Shown here: piece by piece, positions 51,105 to 64,000 of the stretch
Layout: each line of letters starts with the position of its first letter
How positions within the stretch are numbered: position 1 is the stretch's first letter
Source: Perkinsus chesapeaki ATCC PRA-425
Lineage: Eukaryota > Protista > Perkinsozoa
Direction: 5' to 3'
Length of the DNA stretch: 64,000 nucleotides
Assembly (NCBI GenBank): GCA_013115145.1
Contig: JAAPAO010000097.1
Location: 1 to 64,000, forward strand
Notes under the pieces: generated by a model
What the model saw: only the letters and a program-made list of their open reading frames with translations
Told to the model about the DNA's origin: nothing
Database searches by the model: none
Made by a program: the position numbers and the translations under genes

Positions 51105-52359
51105 TGTGAAAATTCGATTCATCGTTCAATAGGCGGTCGTACATCTCTCTTCCCCTTGCTCGTGTTTATATACTCGCCGATTTTGGATTGGCGATTTGTA
51201 TTTCATCGCAGTACTTGGTATGAGGTGAACGTACAACACGTTGGAGTAGGGCCCTATAGTGCATGGTGAATGTATACAGTAGAGTGGTCGTATTCATCGT
51301 TGAGAAATCGTAAGAATGCAAGATTCGGTGGCCTTGCGATTTGTCTGCTAGAAGGGGTTCGTTTTCATGTTCATTTTGCCTTTAGAATAATTTATAAGTA
51401 TCATTAGGAGCTCGCTAATCGCTTCAGAGGAATATCTGACTGCTGTTAATAATTTGTGAAAGCTCAACCATAAATTCAACTTTTCGATTGTGTCCCGGAA
51501 GATGCCATTGACGTGAATGGATACTAGTAATTGATATCATTCAGTATCACCTTGGTCTGTTGGTCAATGATTAATGTTTATATTCTATGTAGCATTTCGG
51601 GAATATGTGGTATTGCTTATTTTTATATATTATAATTATTAACGTACACATTATCAATAGTTCACATTATTACATTTATAATAGGTTTCTATTTACCTAT
51701 ATATTATAAACACTTCGTAATGCTTGGTAATATATTCCTATTTTATTGAAGCTCTACTAATGGTTGGATATAGCTCTCCTTCTTTTGTCGTTTAGATCGC
51801 CATTGATCAATCGGCCATTGTCCAACCGCCGGCTGTTCACTAATAATAATCCTTTATAAACTAATAAAAGCATCCCCGCCTTGATTCCTTTATATTTCAA
51901 AGCCTAACAATATATTTTATACGGTATTCAGGACTTTTCTTTACTTTTTTTAAAGTAGCTTCTGATTCCCACTTGTTGGCTAGTATGAGTGAGCTCCATT
52001 ATAATAACTCTTTAGTAACTAAGTAAACAGTTAATTGTTTAGTACCGTCCTATTATTGGTTTTCTCCTACGTACTGGTATAAGCGTTGTATTATATTTTC
52101 AATATAATAATCAATTTTTATTCATCAAGTGACCAAGTACTGCTAAGTCTACTAACTAGTCCAGTCTATCTATCAGAGATCGAATTATTATTACTAGATT
52201 CTATTAGTGTGCTTTAGTAAGCAGTAATAAGGTAACAAGCGATAGCTGAAATAATAATGATTGATAGAGTAAATAATGCATAACAAAGTCCTTGAGTACC
52301 GCGGTTATTCGTATTTTACGGTTTCTCTATCAGTTTGTCAGCAGTAGATTTCCTTCTGG

Positions 52360-59338
<6,979 letters not shown>

Positions 59339-59758
59339 CCAGAAATTCGGTCGTTAATTTAACGACGTTAAATCGCCTGAATCGAGTTGTTGCTTATTTT
59401 AGGGGATTGGGGCTCATCTGGAAGGAGGTGGTGATGATGCTATGGTAAAAATTGATTCCAGAATTTTCTTTGATGAGTTACGCTGTTTTAAAAGCCTGTG
59501 AGTCTCTGATTGATAATAAGTAGTTTATGACTTGCGTTTAGTGGGTGTTATAAATTGCATTATTACTCAGATGGTAGGGGGAGGGAAGTGGGCGGCGCGT
59601 TGCTTTTCGTTGGAGTGTATTATGATGAAATGTATATGTGCTATTTTGTACTATTGGATCACTTAAAGTTGATACTGGACTCTTTGTAGTAGAAGTAGTA
59701 TAAGAAAAATCACTACTGATTATTTTTATTATACTATTGTTAAGTACTGTTAGTTCTA

Positions 59759-61932
59759 TTGATTCCGGTATGTTTAATTATGGAGGGCTTTGCGGAAGGG
59801 ATTGAAAGGCGGTCGATAAAGGGTAATACGGACTTTGGATCTACGGCCGAGAAACATATCGATTTCGCCGACTCTCAGATTTCTCGTCAGATATTTTTTT
59901 CAGAATCTTCGCCATCATATGTTGCGCTAGAAGATATCATAACGTCGAGCTCGAGGTTTCGGTCGTATCTTGAATTCTTGCATCACTTGCATTTCCTCAA
60001 CGTCATATGGTTGGTATTTTCCTTGGGAATGCCGTTGGTGGTTTATAAGTGGACGCCGCTGTCTAACCTGGTGAAATTATTTGTATGTATGATATCGATT
60101 ACGATGGCGAGCGCTTTTTACATTCAATATGAGCTGGGTGTTGCTAGAGGATTCAGTGGTGATCGAAGCGAGGAGGGGATAGGGAGCTTCGTGGCGTTGT
60201 GTGTTTTACGGAGCGAATTGCCATTGGATAGTTTATTTGTGATGGTATGTTATGAGGTGCACAGTGGGTTGGGAATGGCAGCGGGAGCGGGGATGGTGAT
60301 GAGCTTGTTGGTGGGTAAGGTCGTGGGTTCGATTCCTGGGAGGGGTGTTTTTATTATATATCCTGTTGAAAAATTCATTGTATCGAATTGAATATTGCTT
60401 CTATGAAAAAGTTGATCTTCTTTCGAAGCGATTTTCTTGTCTCGTTCATACCGTTCCATCTTTCGTTTCTATCTCGTTAGCGATTTGTCGAATGTTATAG
60501 TAGAAATAATGACCCTTCAGTCCAATAATTTTATGGCATTTATTGTATATGATAAATGTCGTACAATTGTTGGGAATATTTTGTCCTAGAAGTTTTGTAT
60601 TTTTGCGCAGTCGAGTGAATATAAAATCGATTCCTAGCGAATATCAGTTCTCCAAATTTCACTCCCTTTCAAGTTACTCTTCGCCTGTGTAATAATTGAA
60701 TGTAAAAGTGGATGATTCGGGTTTTCGGGTTTCGGGTTTTCAGGTACATTTTGTAATATTAAATTGTTGTGTGTCATGCAGTGATTGTGATGGGCAATTA
60801 TCAGCTGGTTTGGGATTTGTCGGTATGGATCAATTTGTTATAGTTGAGGGTTTATGGAATAGATTGAGTAATTGTGTGACAAGGAGAGTGTTGGAAGGAA
60901 GCACTAGAGGAGCGGTGACGGCAGGAGGGGTAATAACGTTGGTAGGAGGGGGTATTGAGGGGGATCTATACTTAATGGTAGTCTAGATGGTGAAATTGAC
61001 TGTTGAGGATAAGATGAGCCGTTGATGAATATTGCGAGTTCAATTGTGGGCATTTTTCCGGGTTGGTGTGTGAAGTGTGTGGTGAAGCGACGGCTTTGTT
61101 ATGGGCAATTCTTCGGTAGTGTACGATCGTTATCCGTGCAATACAACTTACATTTAATTGATATAATATTGTAGCTGTATTAAAATTTGATTCAGTATTT
61201 AATAATTTAATACTGAATTTAGTTCAGATTCTTGACTTGAAGGTCCTGAGTCGTCTCATGTTCCTGACGTCGCCTCAGCTGGCGGTCCAGTTATTATTCT
61301 TGTCCCAAGAGCGCACGGTGATGGGGGATGGTGTGCGGGGTGTGGTGGTACTTGTGGTGTTGGTTGGGATTTGCAGCATTTTATTGGGAAGTTGGAAACT
61401 GGTTAAAAGGTTCCCTGGGTGGTTTTGGGGAGAAGGGCGGAGCGAAGCGATTCGGGAATTACCAATTTTGGATGTTACTGGTAGAAGTGGTAGTTTTGTG
61501 CCGCGTGACTTGGAGGGAGGGAAATTGGAGGATTTCAGCGCATTTGATACATTTCATGGTTAGTGTCGTTCTGGAGCGGTTATTGAGTTTGGGAGGATCT
61601 TAGGTTGAAGCTTGCATGATCTATGGAAGGTTGGAAGGTAACTCGGGTTCATTGAAGCTTGCTTTATTGCTATGCCATTCCTGGGCGACAAGCGTCTTTT
61701 TACCCCATTGAGCGGCAGAGGAAATTTGGTTGTGGTGGCGCTTGGCCTAATGGCAACTGGAGGGGTGGTTGGGTTAATAGAAGGAGAGGGAGGGGTGAGA
61801 TGTGAAGTTATTGATAAGAAAAAGGTAATAAAAGCGGGCATTAGGCACTGTGTAGGGTTTAGCGTATTATATATAGTAGTTATTAAGATATACAACACTC
61901 CAAATTGTATACAATTCTATACGGTGAGTTGA
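59759..61932 (+). CDS. Multi-pass membrane protein of unknown function (multi-exon)
   Basis: Hydrophobic exons 59759-60314 and about 61230-61480, plus further hydrophobic ORFs; structure unresolved. Confidence 0.5.
60315..60352 (+). repeat. tRNA 3'-fragment starting at a putative splice donor
   Basis: G|GTAAGGTC GTGGG TTCGATT CCTGG GAGGGGT G TTTTT; similar to the 58014 element. Confidence 0.65.
60718..60741 (+). repeat. Telomere-like (TTTCGGG) motif, three G-tracts
   Basis: cgggttttcgggtttcgggttttc immediately before an AG. Confidence 0.65.
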
Positions 61933-62108
61933 TATCTTGGTCCTGTGCAGCTTGAAGCTGCAACATATGGCTTGTGTGGCAACTGATTGTAGCTGTTAGT
62001 AGTGTCATAATCCTCTGAGCCCTGGTGGAATTACGAATGGTTTGCAATATCTGTTATCGTTTATAATAGTATCATCCCTCGTGCTGTATATTTTTTGTAA
62101 ACTTATTT

Positions 62109-62898
62109 ATGCGTAGTAGTATTATTATATTTAATATTAGCTTTATTCGGCGTTCATCGGAATGTCGCACGGATCAGCGGTGTGAGATTTCGTGGCGCGT
62201 GACGTTTCTGGTTCCTCAGTTTTACGCGTCAAAAAGGTGTGCAGAAACAGAGTTTAGAGATGGTCCGAAGGGATTGAAATTTCGAGAAGTCAAAATTGGC
62301 GAGGGAAAGAAGGCAACCAAGGGTTCCCTGTGCACGGTAAGGTTGTAATTCTTGCGCGCCAGGAAATTGTGGGAGGTAGGTACATTACGAGGGAAAGTCG
62401 CTGAGTGGCACGAGGATGGAATGCACGTTTAAGAATTCGCTGACTGGGATACGATTTTACTGCGGTAAAAAAAAGAAAAAATTCGATTTCTTTAGAGTGC
62501 GATGAGTATCTTTCATTGTTAGGTTCACCTCAACCAACAGTAGCGCCATTTCTAAATGAAGGGGTAAGTTCGTCGGTGGTTTGGAGTTGTGCTGTCGTTT
62601 TACGGCTCAGGTTCTTGGAATGAGGGAAGGAGGGCATCGGGAGATGATCGTCCCACCACACATGCACTACCCGGATCGGTGATAACCTTCGCTGTGCGCA
62701 ACTTTGAGTATTTCGCTCGCCCGAGAATCTTGGATTTGTTGGTGATGCAGTGTGGGTGGAATTGGGATGTAGTTCTTCTTCCAGGGAATTATCTGGTAAA
62801 ACTTTCGTCTGTTTCCGATGTGTTGATCTCTTGACGCTCTGTAGCCTACATAGCCTAGAGACTGCAGGGGGTAGGGCGAGTGCAGGGGGTAGGCTTTG
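62109..62898 (+). CDS. FKBP-type peptidyl-prolyl isomerase (multi-exon)
   Basis: GLKFREVKIGEGKKATKGSLCT|VHYEGKSLSG...FYCG|SPQPTVAPFLNEG|VLGMREGGHREMIVPPHMHY; ends approximate. Confidence 0.8.
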
Positions 62899-64000
62899 AT
62901 GGAGGGCTGAAATAATATATTATAAACTTATATATATCTAAGTATATTATATCATATATTAATCATTATTATTATTATACTATAGACTATCTTATATCAT
63001 AATAATTAATATAGTAATGAGTATATATAAGAATATAGCCTCCATCACAGGCTCGAGCCTCGAGGCTGCTGCTGCTGTGGAGGGTCGCTGGTTGGTTTGG
63101 TTCGATACTACTATCCTCTTAGGAGTGATAAGTTGAAGAATGGTTTGGTAGTTGTTCTATTCTCAGTAAGGCGATTTTAGCGGTTTGAAAAAAGGTTACT
63201 AGGTTTGCCCCCTTCTCCGTGATTCTACATTAGGCGGAATATTAGAGCGTCTACGAGGTGGTAGAAGTGTATAGGGGAATCGGGCAGAAATCGGGGGGAG
63301 GGGAAATGCTCCGTTCTCTTCGGTTCTGAGCGGTTAGTTGTTCTCTCCTATCAGATGGCCGAATCGGATATTGGTCTACGAGGTATCTTTGATGAGGGTT
63401 AGAGGGGGTGAAGGTGAGTCAGAAGCATCATGGTATAGCTAGAGGTGTCAGAAACACCGGCATCATTGCGATATTTCTGAGCTGACTGATGATTATGATG
63501 ATGATGATGATGATGTGTTCTTCGAGCGTCAAGTTGATAGAAGAATTAACTTTGTTATGTATCTTCTTAAGAAAAAAGAAAACCACATGCATTCTTTCTC
63601 GGAACATTTCTTATCTGTCTATGGCTAGAGGTGTCAGAAAGTATCGTCATTCAGGGAACGAGGAGGCGGATGCAGTTGAGAAGGAGGAGTTCGAGAAGAT
63701 GCCATGGTTCGCCAAAATGCTATATAAATTCATGCCATATTGAGGGCGTCGTTTCTGATAGAATAATTGATTTTTGTTTTTTCCATCTTCACATCATCTT
63801 TGAGATTCGCCTGCAGTTGTTGTTAGATTTCGCCACAATGGTAATCGCCGCCGCGAGCCCAATCAAAAGAACTTACAGTAGCAATCGAATTTCCGGTAAT
63901 TTTTTGTATTTTCGGGATTTCAGGACCGGCTGATCGTTCGGAAAAAAATAATTGGCGCGACGGTGAAGAAGACGATAATGTAGGGGGGGCTTTGTGGATT

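Overview
Eukaryotic, intron-dense genomic DNA with many short (about 45-70 nt) mostly GT-AG introns and one 92-N gap at 16469-16560. The gene repertoire and architecture suggest a flagellated alveolate, most likely a perkinsid (Perkinsus-like); this is inference, not a database match. Genes recognised by stitching exons by eye: TBCD (-), GDT1/TMEM165 (-), a small secreted protein (-), an S28 serine peptidase (+), two orphan ORFs (-), a coiled-coil/C2 protein (-), DRC7/CCDC135 (-), a five-finger RanBP2-type zinc-finger protein (-), a coiled-coil protein (+), a DBP2/DDX5-like helicase (+), a membrane protein (+) and an FKBP (+). Three intact tRNAs are present (Cys, Asp, elongator Met); two lie antisense inside DRC7 introns. 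The most striking unexplained pattern is about nine 40-80 nt tRNA 3'-half-like elements (variable loop, T-arm/B-box, acceptor 3' strand, discriminator, usually oligo-T). They resemble several isotypes and all sit in known or putative introns. Some make up most of a 57-58 nt intron or coincide with the splice donor. Other oddities: twin 51-nt introns sharing a core, telomere-like G-tract motifs in introns, and an apparent excess of perfect short palindromes. Most gene boundaries are approximate, and most of the supplied ORF track is shadow ORFs.
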